A stretch of 64,000 bases of DNA from a virus. The notes beneath the pieces were generated by a model. It was not told the DNA's origin. It was given only the letters and a program-made list of their open reading frames with translations, and did no database searches. Below are positions 37,516 to 48,861 of the stretch, one piece after another. The position numbers and the translations under genes are program-made. The stretch's first letter is position 1, and every line of letters begins with the position of its first letter. Where the stretch lies: IMG/VR virus record IMGVR_UViG_3300032241_002336, positions 1 through 64,000 of that record, one strand, 5' to 3'.

Positions 37516-40500
37516 TTAAATTATTGGTGGACAATAATAAAATATTGTATTATCACCACTATCAGCTAACAATAAAATATTAGTTGATTGATTATTAGTT
37601 ACTGTAACAGAATATGGTAATGTTTCACAATATCCGTTACTCATAGAATCTTGGAATTCAATATAATGAGTTGGGCTAGTAACACTTTGAACATACATAG
37701 TAACAATATTACCACTAGTTAATCCTGTTACTGTACCAAGTAATCCATATGTAGAATTGGCTGGTACTGATGTTGTTTTAAGTAGTTTATAACTTCCACT
37801 ATTAATTTTATAATATAATGAAGCAGTAGGTGTTGATACCATATTTCCATTATAAGCCCAATCTATTGTTAGAGAATAACCTGGCACGACACTTGTTGTC
37901 GCTGTACAACCCCAAAGTGTATCTGTTACTGTTACAGTGTAGGTCGTACCCGCAACTAGACTAGTTGCTGTTGCAGTAGTTTGTCCATTACTCCAACTAT
38001 AGGAATAAGAACCACTTCCTCCAGCTGGTATAGCAGTAGCTGTTGTATCCGTATGTGTTGTTGATACTGTTAAAGCACATGGTGTATTATTAACCGTAAT
38101 ACTAGGTGTAATGACGCAATTTAATGCATCTTTAATCGTTACAGTATATGTACTAGGTGTTAATCCTGTTGCTGTAGCTTTGGTCTGTACTGGGCTTGTA
38201 TTCCAACTATATGTATATGGTGCCGTACCAGCTGTTACCGTGGCAGTTGCTGTGCCATTTGCAAACCCTCCGTGTGAAGTTGTTGAACTTAGGGTAGCAT
38301 TGAGTGTACATGGTGTAGCACTTACTGTAACATTACCTGAATATGTACAATTCCATATATCTTTAACAGTTACTGTATAAGTACTAGCTGATAATCCTGT
38401 AGCTGTAGCTGTAGTCTGTACAGGAACGGTGTTCCAAATATATGTATATGGCGAATGTCCAGATAAAATAGTGGCACTTGCTGTACCATTATTTAAATTA
38501 CCAGCTGTATTTGTTGAACTTAGATTAACAGTTAAATTACATGGTATATCTAAGATAAAGGCACTATTTGTATAATTACAACCAGCATTATCTATTACAG
38601 TAACACTATAAGAAGTATTTCCAGATAAATTATTGGCAGTAGCTGTAGTCTGACCATTGCTCCAACTGTATGTATATGGTGGTGTACCACCGCTAGCTGT
38701 AACAGTTGCTGAGCCGTTTGATAGATTACCCTGAGAATCAACTGTAGTTATTGTACTTGTTAAATTACATGTTAAATTTGATACTGTTCCCCCTGTCGAT
38801 GCGCTACATTGATAATAATCAGTAACAATAACACTAAAAGTACCACTTGTAATACCAGTAATGGTCTGACCAGTATAAGATGTATTCCAAATATAAGTAT
38901 ACGGTGGAGTACCACCAGCTGGTATAGCTGTTATTGAACCATTTGAATTACCATTTGTACCATTTAATATATTGACATTGGCTGTCAATGTACATGGTAT
39001 ATCACCTACATTTACAGTCGTATCCGCTTGACAGAATACTGAGTCCGTTACTGTGATAATATAATCCCCAGTTGTAAGACCCGTTGCTGTTGTTCCCGTT
39101 TGGATCGGACTTGTCCCCCATTCATAATAATATGGCGGTAATCCACCCGTGACGGTTACACTTGCTGTACCATTTGCTAATATATTATTTGCATTTGTTG
39201 ATGTAGTTGTTAATGCTAAATCACATGGTAATTCTGTTAAATATATCTCTTGATATGCTGTACAATTTGGCATACTTGTATCAGTAACTGTTACACTATA
39301 TACTTCTGCTGGTATATTTGAAATAGTCTGTGTTGTGGCACCATTATTCCATAAGAATGTAACGGGTCCATTAGAGCCATATACATGTGCCGTAGCACTA
39401 CCATTTGATTGATTATAACTAGGCTCTACTGTATCAATTATAACTTGTATTCCACATTCATTTATAGTATTTTTTAATGCTGGGGCATTTGGTCCAACTA
39501 CACTAACAGTACCATAAAATTCAGAACCACTATTCATTTGGATTAAATATACATTAGAATAATCATTTGATTGTCCCTGTGTAAAAAATGATGCTGTGGC
39601 TAATGAGTTTCCTTCAATAACTTTAGTAGTAGCACTTACACTACATGAAATACCACTTGCTGGATATGAATCAAAAGAAAATGAACCATCATATCCAAAT
39701 AATGTACTATATGATTTATATTTAAATTTATTATTATCAAATATTGTATTTGTATATATTTTTGTAGAGCCCCATAGTGTTGTGGCTGGAATGACTTGTT
39801 CGATAATACTGACCCAATAGTTTCCTACTAAATTAGCAAACGAATCCATATTAAAATAGTTAAACTCAGCACTCTTTAAGCCGCATAAATTGGTGCTATT
39901 CATATATCTATCATATAATAGTCTTAATGTAGGATATGAGCTAATTGTTTTTCTATTCTTCGCATCAATTAATTCTGTAGTTAAATAGTATTCAAAATCC
40001 TCTATTGTAGATACAGCACTCAATGGCTGTGTCATTAAACTATTAATATCAACATTTGCGTCCCCACAATATTCGCTACAGCAATAAATCTGTGGTGTAC
40101 ATATTATTGTTCCAGTATGAGCTGTTGTATATGTATATCCTGTAGTATAACCAAATACAGTAGTTGTTCCTGTAGTAATCATTATAGGGACATTATCTAT
40201 TTTACTACAAGTAGGTGGAGTGGCGCATGTATTTAAAGCAAAATTAGTCGGACATGTATAACCCATAGTTGTGCCTAGATCAAAATTCATCCCTATTTTT
40301 TGAATTGTTGAAAATATGACATTAGCACCAGTAATTCCTGAACTAGTAGCACCAGTTAAAGTCGCAAAACTTGTGGGTTCATAAATTTCAGCAGCAAATG
40401 CAGTAAATCCACCCGCATTTTTACCTATCATTTCAATTATGTTTACCCCTGCGTTTAATTGAATTTCAAACACACTCCAAAAATAATAACTAGTGCCAGC

Positions 40501-42258
40501 TGTTGAACTACTAAAATCAACTATTAATGTTCCATTTAATGAAAATTGAGCATAATTATCAGCACCAATTCCAAGATAATAAGTTCCACCAGTTTGGGCA
40601 CTTATACATTCTGAAAATCCTAACCATTCTGTAGTTGATGCGCTTAAACCAGCATTATTCAATCTACCATTAGCAATACTTCCTAATGAAGCCCAAAATG
40701 GACTAGTATTATTAATAACTATTGGTGAAATTGTTCCACCACTTTGGTCTACTAAAGTTCCCCCACTATAGGTAACTGGTAAAGCCCCATCATTCAATAC
40801 ATTTGGATAAAAAAAGGCACCATATGTTCCATAAAGAGTATTTTTATCACCAGCTACTATAGTGCTTCCAGAACCATTATAAGTTGCACCTGTTACAATA
40901 ATAGATTGACAAGAACTATTTAATGATGTCGCAGTATAACCAAGTGGACATGAGTATATTGTTGTAGCTGAAGTTGTACTTGTTAATGTTAAAGTAGTTG
41001 ATGTTATTACTGTATAATTTGGATAAAAATTTCCAGCTTCCTTTACACATAATGTAGTACCAATACTGACACCAGTTAAAATACAGGGATTATTAGATAT
41101 AAAACTCCAGACATCTGTTTCCACGGCTTCAGCTAAGTTAATATCTAAATTAATTTCTTTTGTATTTATAGCTTGATTTGAATTATCTATATAATAATCT
41201 GTATATCTTATTGGATTATTGCCAAAAGCATCTGTTACTGAAAATGTACGCTGTGTTGTACTAGAATTCGCTATCCAAGATTTTTTATTATCTCTTACTC
41301 TGTCTAATTGAAAGCCTGGGGATTGTGTAAGAAATAATGTATTTTCTTTTACATCCACACAATTATGATTAAGTGTAATATTATCCAGTAAAACACAAGT
41401 ATCAATACATATACCACTTACTTGAATTGATAATTTTATTTTTTGATTGGTCATGGCACTTATTACAGTTGGATCTGTAATATCTGTATGAAAATGCTGC
41501 CAATTTGCGCCAAATGCGTTTGCATTTATATTTTGCGTAAATGCTGTTAATTCTAAAACATTTAATCCAGATTCATCATATAATTGTGTTATAAGTTGAT
41601 TAGCAACAATACCACAATTAATACTATTACCACTGGCATTTAAATTATATAAATTTAGGGGATGGCATGTAGTATCTGATGTATTAGTGACAGATTCCCC
41701 ACAAATAAAAAAACCAGTATTTGTACCAGTTGTACTTAAATAATTATATAAATTACCACTTCCTATTACATTAAAAAGTTTTTGTTCATATACTGTTTTA
41801 AAATTTGTTTGGGATTCTACTACATCTATTGATATAGAAGCTCCTATTGATTCAAAAACATCTATAATTGTGTTACAAGTTCCAGTAACAATACCAGAAG
41901 CAAGTTGTGTTAATGTAGCGCAATCAAATTTAAATAAATAATCAAAATCAACACTCAATGTACATGTCTGATCAGGATAAATTGCAAACATAGTACCATC
42001 ATTTCCTCTTGTATTTAAGACTATATTAGGCGCAACCGAACAGTCTATATTAGACCAGCGACATTGTTGTTTTGTAGAGTCCCAATATGCGTTAGTAATT
42101 CCCAGCGCATCACAACTAGATTTGACTAAAGATTGGGGGGCTAAATTTCCTGTGATACTATTATAGGTATAAACAGAAATTGTCCCATCAGGATTTTGAA
42201 TAACCTGTCCATTTGCATTTGTTATGTCTTGCGCTGATGGCCAACTTGTTTCTGTCAT
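37516..42258 (-). CDS. Large baseplate/fibre protein with SprB-type repeats
   Basis: About seven repeats of G.AT.T..GGT.PYTY.W....T..TATGL....YTVTVTD...C. Confidence 0.7.
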   Translation of the reverse strand: MTETSWPSAQDITNANGQVIQNPDGTISVYTYNSITGNLAPQSLVKSSCDALGITNAYWDSTKQQCRWSNIDCSVAPNIVLNTRGNDGTMFAIYPDQTCTLSVDFDYLFKFDCATLTQLASGIVTGTCNTIIDVFESIGASISIDVVESQTNFKTVYEQKLFNVIGSGNLYNYLSTTGTNTGFFICGESVTNTSDTTCHPLNLYNLNASGNSINCGIVANQLITQLYDESGLNVLELTAFTQNINANAFGANWQHFHTDITDPTVISAMTNQKIKLSIQVSGICIDTCVLLDNITLNHNCVDVKENTLFLTQSPGFQLDRVRDNKKSWIANSSTTQRTFSVTDAFGNNPIRYTDYYIDNSNQAINTKEINLDINLAEAVETDVWSFISNNPCILTGVSIGTTLCVKEAGNFYPNYTVITSTTLTLTSTTSATTIYSCPLGYTATSLNSSCQSIIVTGATYNGSGSTIVAGDKNTLYGTYGAFFYPNVLNDGALPVTYSGGTLVDQSGGTISPIVINNTSPFWASLGSIANGRLNNAGLSASTTEWLGFSECISAQTGGTYYLGIGADNYAQFSLNGTLIVDFSSSTAGTSYYFWSVFEIQLNAGVNIIEMIGKNAGGFTAFAAEIYEPTSFATLTGATSSGITGANVIFSTIQKIGMNFDLGTTMGYTCPTNFALNTCATPPTCSKIDNVPIMITTGTTTVFGYTTGYTYTTAHTGTIICTPQIYCCSEYCGDANVDINSLMTQPLSAVSTIEDFEYYLTTELIDAKNRKTISSYPTLRLLYDRYMNSTNLCGLKSAEFNYFNMDSFANLVGNYWVSIIEQVIPATTLWGSTKIYTNTIFDNNKFKYKSYSTLFGYDGSFSFDSYPASGISCSVSATTKVIEGNSLATASFFTQGQSNDYSNVYLIQMNSGSEFYGTVSVVGPNAPALKNTINECGIQVIIDTVEPSYNQSNGSATAHVYGSNGPVTFLWNNGATTQTISNIPAEVYSVTVTDTSMPNCTAYQEIYLTELPCDLALTTTSTNANNILANGTASVTVTGGLPPYYYEWGTSPIQTGTTATGLTTGDYIITVTDSVFCQADTTVNVGDIPCTLTANVNILNGTNGNSNGSITAIPAGGTPPYTYIWNTSYTGQTITGITSGTFSVIVTDYYQCSASTGGTVSNLTCNLTSTITTVDSQGNLSNGSATVTASGGTPPYTYSWSNGQTTATANNLSGNTSYSVTVIDNAGCNYTNSAFILDIPCNLTVNLSSTNTAGNLNNGTASATILSGHSPYTYIWNTVPVQTTATATGLSASTYTVTVKDIWNCTYSGNVTVSATPCTLNATLSSTTSHGGFANGTATATVTAGTAPYTYSWNTSPVQTKATATGLTPSTYTVTIKDALNCVITPSITVNNTPCALTVSTTHTDTTATAIPAGGSGSYSYSWSNGQTTATATSLVAGTTYTVTVTDTLWGCTATTSVVPGYSLTIDWAYNGNMVSTPTASLYYKINSGSYKLLKTTSVPANSTYGLLGTVTGLTSGNIVTMYVQSVTSPTHYIEFQDSMSNGYCETLPYSVTVTNNQSTNILLLADSGDNTIFYYCPPII

Positions 42259-42298
42259 TTTATTATTTTAGTTTTTTATAAATAGCGAATATTACACT

Positions 42299-45200
42299 TT
42301 ATATACAATTATTTGGTATACCCTTACTGTTATTTTCGCTTACTACAGTAATAAGTACAGGTACAATTTTAGTCCCAACAACAAAGCTATAATAATTATC
42401 AGATGGGCGAAATCCACAATAAGCATTTGTATCCCCATAAATGTAAAAACTAGCTATATTATTATTTAAATCCGAAACACCAATATATACTGTTGTTCCA
42501 ATAGCTACATTATCAATTTTTCCTATACTCATATAACTAAGTGACATGCCTTGTGGGTATACAGTAAAATATTTCCAATTTTTGCCATTATCAACACTAT
42601 ACCAAATATTAACGCCCATAACATTTTGTTGTATAGTTTGATTTAACTCAATAGGTACACTAACTGTATTGGATACATACGCAGTTGCTGTTACTTGACA
42701 ACCAGTACTTAAATCAGTTACAGTAACATTATAAGTTCCAGTTCCTAAATTATTTATTGTCTGTGTAGTAGCATTATTATTCCATAAATAAGTTATATTT
42801 GTATTAGAATTAACACCACCTACATTAGCCGTAGCTGAATTACTTGTTGTTGTTATAGTTACTGTTAAATAACTACAATCAATTGATGGAACAGTAATTG
42901 GTAATGTATTTGAACAGCCAATACTATCTGTTACGGTTACTTTATAATTACCTGCTGATAAGCTACTTATAGTATTTGTTGTATTCTGTATTAAAATAGT
43001 ACCATTATTATTGAGTGAATACCAAGTTATTGTATAGGGTCCCGTGGCATTATTTACATTAATTTTTATGGAGCCATCACTTCCTGTACTACCCTTAACA
43101 GTAGGTGTTATTGTTAAATTACAAGATATTAAGGGTACATTTATGGCAGTAGTTACTGAACAACCATTTGAATCATTAACGGTAATATTATATATACCAT
43201 TAATTAAATTTGGTATTGTAAAAGTACCGACAATATTTTCATTCGTTGTTGTTGTATTTCCTATATTCCAACTATAATTATATGTTCCATTACCACCAGC
43301 AGTTATTATTGAAATAGAGCCAGTTGGTGAACCATTAGTTGAACCAATGACATTAGTTGTTAGTTTTAATTTACAAGCTATACTGCTACAGCCTATAGTT
43401 CCACTGGATCTCTCATTATATGTAGAAATTATTATAGAATTAGCTGATAATAAATCATTTAATCCTAATGATGTCAATTGACATCCATAACCAATATTAT
43501 TAGTGATTGGATCGGTAATTTTTGTCGCTATTGTATAATTAGGAATACAATTACATCCATCTACAGATACCGTTGTTGTTCCACCAGTTTCTGTATCAAA
43601 TACCAAATATTTTTGATTATCCTGAGGATTTATAAGATATTCTGCGACATCTAATTTCCAATTACATGTAACAAAGCAACCACATGTATTAGTTGTTTGG
43701 CAGCAAATATATCCGTTATTATATAAATTACCATTTGAATCTAATTCATTATAGAAGTATGGTATACTGCCGTTAAAATTACAGCATTTTTCATTAATAA
43801 AATAACTACTGTAATAAACTGGGGCGTTATTAACTTCATAAAGGCTACCATCCAAATTATATTGATTAAAATTGAATATATAATAACCATACTGAGTATT
43901 TAAACTTGTACTAGCTATTTCTTCTTGACAACTTAATTCTATAACTTTATTACTAAGACAAACACTAAGACATTTTGAATCTGTTGGTATAACACAACCG
44001 CAATTTGTTAAATCTTGTCTATCCGCTGGATCTAATACGACACTTGATGTTATCAATACACAATTACTAAAATCAGCGCCATCATCATTTGTTATGTCAA
44101 CATATGTATTACCAGAATAACTGGTCATTGTGCCACCATTATAGTTATTGAATAAATTTACACTACTTGTTGTTGTAGTCTGTGAACTTATAGTGACAGC
44201 TGAAAAATTAGGTATTAGGCTTTTAAATTGATTAATATAAGCATATCCACCATCATATGGACCTAAATGTGGATTATTACCAGTTGTAATATCAAGATTT
44301 GCATTCGGACCTCCTGTTTCTCTATACCATAATCCATTACTCTGAAAATATAAATTAGGAGTATTTGTTAATGGAGCTGGGTATCCACTTAGACTTACTG
44401 GATAATTTGTTAAATCAGGATTAGCATTATTTAATAGTAATGCTTCTTGAAAAACATTCATGTCTATTTGATTCTGTGCGACATAAACATATTCATTAAA
44501 TGATATAAGACCCAATGGAGTACCTATAAATTTAAATAAAAATTCAACAGCTTTTCTTGTTCCCTTTGACTTCCATAACCATGGAGTATTTAAAATTAAT
44601 CTTCTCCATAGCTCATTATCAGCCTCTTCAGCAGTAAATCCAACACTATGTCCACTATATGTTGATTGATTAGGTAAGACATAATTTTTTAATAAATCTA
44701 ATTCTAATACAGAAGATATTAAATCCCAACCTAGATTTTTAGCTAGATCTTTTAAATATACATCTGGTGTATTATCATTTTTATCATAACTAACAACATG
44801 TGCAAAACTAATACCCTTTACGTATGTATTTAAATCATCATATCCCCTACCATAAATGTTTAAAGTTTTTAACATTTTTTGGTCACTTGTATCTTGATCC
44901 TGCGGATCAGCATGTACTTCAGTCGTGTCAAAATCAGTAATAGAATTTGATACAAGGAATCTGGTCATTAAACTACTTGTTGTTAAATCATAATTTGAGC
45001 ATATTCCAGATAATTTGGTAGCATAATTGATATATTGAACAGTATCAAAATCAAGATTATAACCATCGGTTGTCGGCCATGTAACAGTATCGCTTATATA
45101 TAATATATTACCCGTATCAGCCTTAACTGTATAATTAAATTTTGCGGTATATTTTGGATTTGAAAATCTATTTAATAGATATGCTTCAAAAGGTGGCAGA

Positions 45201-46003
45201 TTATTAAAAAATAAATTTTCTTGTACGGTATTTGGTTTTATATAATATGTTAAATAACCATTATTCGTTATTCCAGAAAAAACATTTCCCTGAACAACAA
45301 AATATAAATAATCATTAATTGTTTTTGTAGAACCAGTGAACCCAAATATATCATATTCTTGATTATTATATAATATCGCATATTCTTGATAACTGTTAAT
45401 TAAAACAGTTAATGGGTTGTTTGAAGCCGTTGTCTGTCCAGACATCCCATTATTAAAATAATTAAGTTGATATTGATTAGCAATTGTATTAACATTAACT
45501 CTAAAGGATGACTGATTACTAATGCTATTGTATATATAATTTTCAACTGTATATCCTGATTGTGTCAGATATACTGGAGGAATGGCATAAATTGGATTGA
45601 CGTATAATGCCGCTGGCCAATTAATAATAATATCCTCTAGTGATACTCTAACTAATTCAGTCAAGGAACCAAATAAAGCATAATTTGTTAAATCTGTAGT
45701 ATCAAGATTTAATAAAACTGTAGCATTATTTAATAATAAATTTAAAGAATCTGCTAAATTTGTATTTAAATTAGTTAATGTTACAAAATTAGAAAAGTTC
45801 TTAGTTGTAAAAGTTTTAGTCGTTTTAGGACTATAATTTGTTGTTACAGCAAAATTACCAAGCGTAAAAAGAGATGTTGAGCCTGATGAAACTAGCGATG
45901 GGCCAGCTAGATCAGGCATAAAATTTCTATATTCTATATTGTCATTATATACGACCTTCTGGGCATATCCGACAACTTTTATTCTTGGGTTGCTACTTGT
46001 CAT
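42299..46003 (-). CDS. Baseplate wedge-like protein (P2 gpI/T4 gp7-like motif) with C-terminal SprB-type repeats
   Basis: LAKNLGW...WLWKSKGTRKAVEFLFKFIG; three SprB-like repeats. Confidence 0.7.
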   Translation of the reverse strand: MTSSNPRIKVVGYAQKVVYNDNIEYRNFMPDLAGPSLVSSGSTSLFTLGNFAVTTNYSPKTTKTFTTKNFSNFVTLTNLNTNLADSLNLLLNNATVLLNLDTTDLTNYALFGSLTELVRVSLEDIIINWPAALYVNPIYAIPPVYLTQSGYTVENYIYNSISNQSSFRVNVNTIANQYQLNYFNNGMSGQTTASNNPLTVLINSYQEYAILYNNQEYDIFGFTGSTKTINDYLYFVVQGNVFSGITNNGYLTYYIKPNTVQENLFFNNLPPFEAYLLNRFSNPKYTAKFNYTVKADTGNILYISDTVTWPTTDGYNLDFDTVQYINYATKLSGICSNYDLTTSSLMTRFLVSNSITDFDTTEVHADPQDQDTSDQKMLKTLNIYGRGYDDLNTYVKGISFAHVVSYDKNDNTPDVYLKDLAKNLGWDLISSVLELDLLKNYVLPNQSTYSGHSVGFTAEEADNELWRRLILNTPWLWKSKGTRKAVEFLFKFIGTPLGLISFNEYVYVAQNQIDMNVFQEALLLNNANPDLTNYPVSLSGYPAPLTNTPNLYFQSNGLWYRETGGPNANLDITTGNNPHLGPYDGGYAYINQFKSLIPNFSAVTISSQTTTTSSVNLFNNYNGGTMTSYSGNTYVDITNDDGADFSNCVLITSSVVLDPADRQDLTNCGCVIPTDSKCLSVCLSNKVIELSCQEEIASTSLNTQYGYYIFNFNQYNLDGSLYEVNNAPVYYSSYFINEKCCNFNGSIPYFYNELDSNGNLYNNGYICCQTTNTCGCFVTCNWKLDVAEYLINPQDNQKYLVFDTETGGTTTVSVDGCNCIPNYTIATKITDPITNNIGYGCQLTSLGLNDLLSANSIIISTYNERSSGTIGCSSIACKLKLTTNVIGSTNGSPTGSISIITAGGNGTYNYSWNIGNTTTTNENIVGTFTIPNLINGIYNITVNDSNGCSVTTAINVPLISCNLTITPTVKGSTGSDGSIKINVNNATGPYTITWYSLNNNGTILIQNTTNTISSLSAGNYKVTVTDSIGCSNTLPITVPSIDCSYLTVTITTTSNSATANVGGVNSNTNITYLWNNNATTQTINNLGTGTYNVTVTDLSTGCQVTATAYVSNTVSVPIELNQTIQQNVMGVNIWYSVDNGKNWKYFTVYPQGMSLSYMSIGKIDNVAIGTTVYIGVSDLNNNIASFYIYGDTNAYCGFRPSDNYYSFVVGTKIVPVLITVVSENNSKGIPNNCI

Positions 46004-46908
46004 TATACTGTTGTTATTGTTGTAAAGTTTTTAGTAAAATCAATATTGGTTCTCTGTTGTCTAATTTCAAATAATGGCAATCCAGTATATGCATCTTTAA
46101 TTTCATACAAATCATACTGTGCATAAATTTGATTATTGAAATTGTATATTGTATATATACCATCATCAATTGATTTAGACTGATTACCATACAATGCATA
46201 AGCAAGTGTATCAAAATCATTTGTAACAAGTTCTAGTTCAATCATTATTGGATTGAAAAATGTATTTGTTAAAATAACTGGCTGATTTGTCTGTCCTATA
46301 AATGGAAAAATATTTGGACTTACATTTGGTGCCGAATTAGGGGAAACAGTACAAAAAACAAGAGTGGAATTATCATTAAAACGATATCTTATAGCTTTTT
46401 GATTTGTATTTGTAAGATTTTGATTTACTGGTTCAGCTCTATTATTAGAGGTAATTATAGTAAATGTATTATTTATCTTAGCGTCTGGCGCAGAAGGATT
46501 TAAATATTCAATTTTATAACCAATTAAGCCATTATTTTCAAAATATGTCAAAAAATTAGTAGGAATTGTTGATAAATCAAATATTAACCCGTTAATATCT
46601 GGATATGCTGACAAAACACCGACATCAACAATATTTGTTCTTATTTCAACTGGTTTTATAATAATTGTATAAATTCCAGCTGTTGAAAATATATTTGTGG
46701 GTAGTTGTAGCGTATACATTCCACTAAACATTTCAAAACTATAGGGACTATTTGGATTTTTAACTTTAACCAAAACATCACTAGAATTAGTTATTTTAGT
46801 CAATGTACTAGCTTGTACTGACCTATTAGACGCATAAGTATAAAAAATCTCTACATCCTGTGGTGCTACATCAGCACTTCTTATATTACCATAGATACCA
46901 CTAGCCAT
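46003..46908 (-). CDS. Virion structural protein
   Basis: 301-aa ORF in the structural operon. Confidence 0.65.
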   Translation of the reverse strand: MASGIYGNIRSADVAPQDVEIFYTYASNRSVQASTLTKITNSSDVLVKVKNPNSPYSFEMFSGMYTLQLPTNIFSTAGIYTIIIKPVEIRTNIVDVGVLSAYPDINGLIFDLSTIPTNFLTYFENNGLIGYKIEYLNPSAPDAKINNTFTIITSNNRAEPVNQNLTNTNQKAIRYRFNDNSTLVFCTVSPNSAPNVSPNIFPFIGQTNQPVILTNTFFNPIMIELELVTNDFDTLAYALYGNQSKSIDDGIYTIYNFNNQIYAQYDLYEIKDAYTGLPLFEIRQQRTNIDFTKNFTTITTV

Positions 46909-46968
46909 TTATTTTTTTTTTATTTTTTTTTATTATTTAATATATTTTACTAACTTAAAAAGTAAAAT

Positions 46969-47090
46969 TTATTGTTTTTTTAAATTAAAATATCCGTTAC
47001 CGTAATTCTGTAATTCATCTATATTTGTAATTTCAGCCATTTTTAAATGACTTTCAAATACACTCAAAATTCCTCTATCTATAAATACAT
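46969..47090 (-). pseudogene. Orphaned duplicate 3' end of gene 48028..48861
   Basis: Encodes VFIDRGILSVFESHLKMAEITNIDELQNYGNGYFNLKKQ-stop versus IFIDRGILSVFESHLKLSEITNLDELTKYGKGYFKLIPQ-stop. Confidence 0.85.
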
Positions 47091-47139
47091 GCAATTATTT
47101 ATATATTTGATATATTTATAAATATGCAAAAAGTAATTT

Positions 47140-48042
47140 ATGTCTAAAAAAATAACATCGGATGAATTCGTCAATAAAGCAAATGAGATTCATAATAATA
47201 AGTATGATTATAGTAAAGTAGAATATATAGATAATTATAGTAAGGTAAAGATTATTTGTCCTATACATGGGGAGTTTGAACAAAAACCTAATAATCATTT
47301 AAAGAGAAAACAAGGTTGTGTATATTGCGGGGGAAGATATAAATTTACTATTAATGATTTTATTTCCAAATCTTATAAAATTCATGGAAACAAATATGAT
47401 TATTCTCTGGTTAATTATAGGAATGCTAGTTCAAAAATAAAAATTATTTGTCCCCTTCATGGTGAATTTGAACAAACCCCAAGTAGTCATACAGACCAAC
47501 AAGCTGGTTGTCCAAAATGTTCAAAAAAATATAAATATACTAATGATGAATTTGTTAATAAAGCAAATGAGATTCATAATAATAAGTATGATTATAGTAA
47601 GGTAAAATATATAAATAATTATACTAAAATTGAGATAATATGTAAAATTCATGGGATTTTTAGCCAAACTCCATCTAATCATTTATCTGGTAAGGGTTGT
47701 CAGGATTGTAGTAATTCAAAAAATGAAAATTTAATTAGTTTATTTTTGGATAAAGAAAAAATAAATTATGCTACGCAGCATAAATTTAATGATTGTATGA
47801 ATATTAGGAAATTACCATTTGATTTTTATATACCAAAATATAATACTTGTATTGAATTCAATGGAAAACAGCATTACGAACCAATAGATTTTTTTGGGGG
47901 GATCAGGGGATTTGAAAAACAGAAAAAAAGAGACAAGATAAAAATAAAATATTGTTTAGATAATAATATAAAATTAATAACAATTAAATATAACGAAAAT
48001 ATTTCAGAAATATTATCAAAACTAGTTTTATTGTGGGATTAA
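47140..48042 (+). mobile_element. Free-standing homing endonuclease (DUF723-like Zn repeats + PD-(D/E)XK/Vsr-like nuclease)
   Basis: Three HxNKYDYS...IICxxHGxF...GCxxC repeats; LPFDFY...IEFNGKQHY; antisense within the structural operon. Confidence 0.8.
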
Positions 48043-48861
48043 CTTAAAATAACCCTTTCCATATTTTGTTAATTCATCTAAATTTGTTATTTCTGACAAT
48101 TTAAGATGACTTTCAAATACGCTTAAAATTCCTCTATCTATAAAAATATCACTTTTGACTTCTGGTTGAGAAATAATCCCTAATAAATATTCTTCTTTTG
48201 TCATCGCTGATAAAGAAATATTTGTCATATTAAATCCCTGACTTATATATGAAAAATTTGTAACAATAGTTGATGTAAAATCTTGAAAAAATAAGCCGTT
48301 TTTCTGGTTTATTGTTCCAATATTTATATCATTTTTATCAGCATCAAATACATAACTTATTGGTTCAATTAATTGTGTAACTCTATTTACGCCATTTACA
48401 GTATTACCCTGAAAATCAATATATGTATCAGTACTTGTATCGAAATTTAATGTATATTGTCCATTATTAATATATGATTGATTATCCTGTAATCTCGAAT
48501 CACTTGTTCCAGTAACAATAATATTTGGATATTGATAATAAGCTGATACAGTTTGTCCTGTTACTCTTGTATCAATATTAACCATAGTTTGAGCACTTAT
48601 AGGCATTTTTCCAAACATAAATGGAAATGTTATACCACTGGCTGATAGTTTTTCAATTAAAATTGTATAATCAGGTGGTTGACTTATGCCAATAGTAGAT
48701 GGTATATAATAGGTATCCGTAAAAATGCCTAAATCCTCAATATTTTTGGTTAAATAAATGTTTACATAAAAAGTACTAGCCGTTAAAGTACCATAAGTTG
48801 GGCTATAATCATTCCTATCAATAAAAGGCTCAAGTGATATAGTTTTTTTTATAATTTTCAT
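48028..48861 (-). CDS. Virion structural protein
   Basis: 277-aa ORF in the structural operon. Confidence 0.7.
   Translation of the reverse strand: MKIIKKTISLEPFIDRNDYSPTYGTLTASTFYVNIYLTKNIEDLGIFTDTYYIPSTIGISQPPDYTILIEKLSASGITFPFMFGKMPISAQTMVNIDTRVTGQTVSAYYQYPNIIVTGTSDSRLQDNQSYINNGQYTLNFDTSTDTYIDFQGNTVNGVNRVTQLIEPISYVFDADKNDINIGTINQKNGLFFQDFTSTIVTNFSYISQGFNMTNISLSAMTKEEYLLGIISQPEVKSDIFIDRGILSVFESHLKLSEITNLDELTKYGKGYFKLIPQ

Noticed and set aside
37880-39450. Diversity-generating retroelement template/variable repeats
   Set aside because: The repeats are protein-level and diverge at all bases, not only adenines; no reverse transcriptase in the window.
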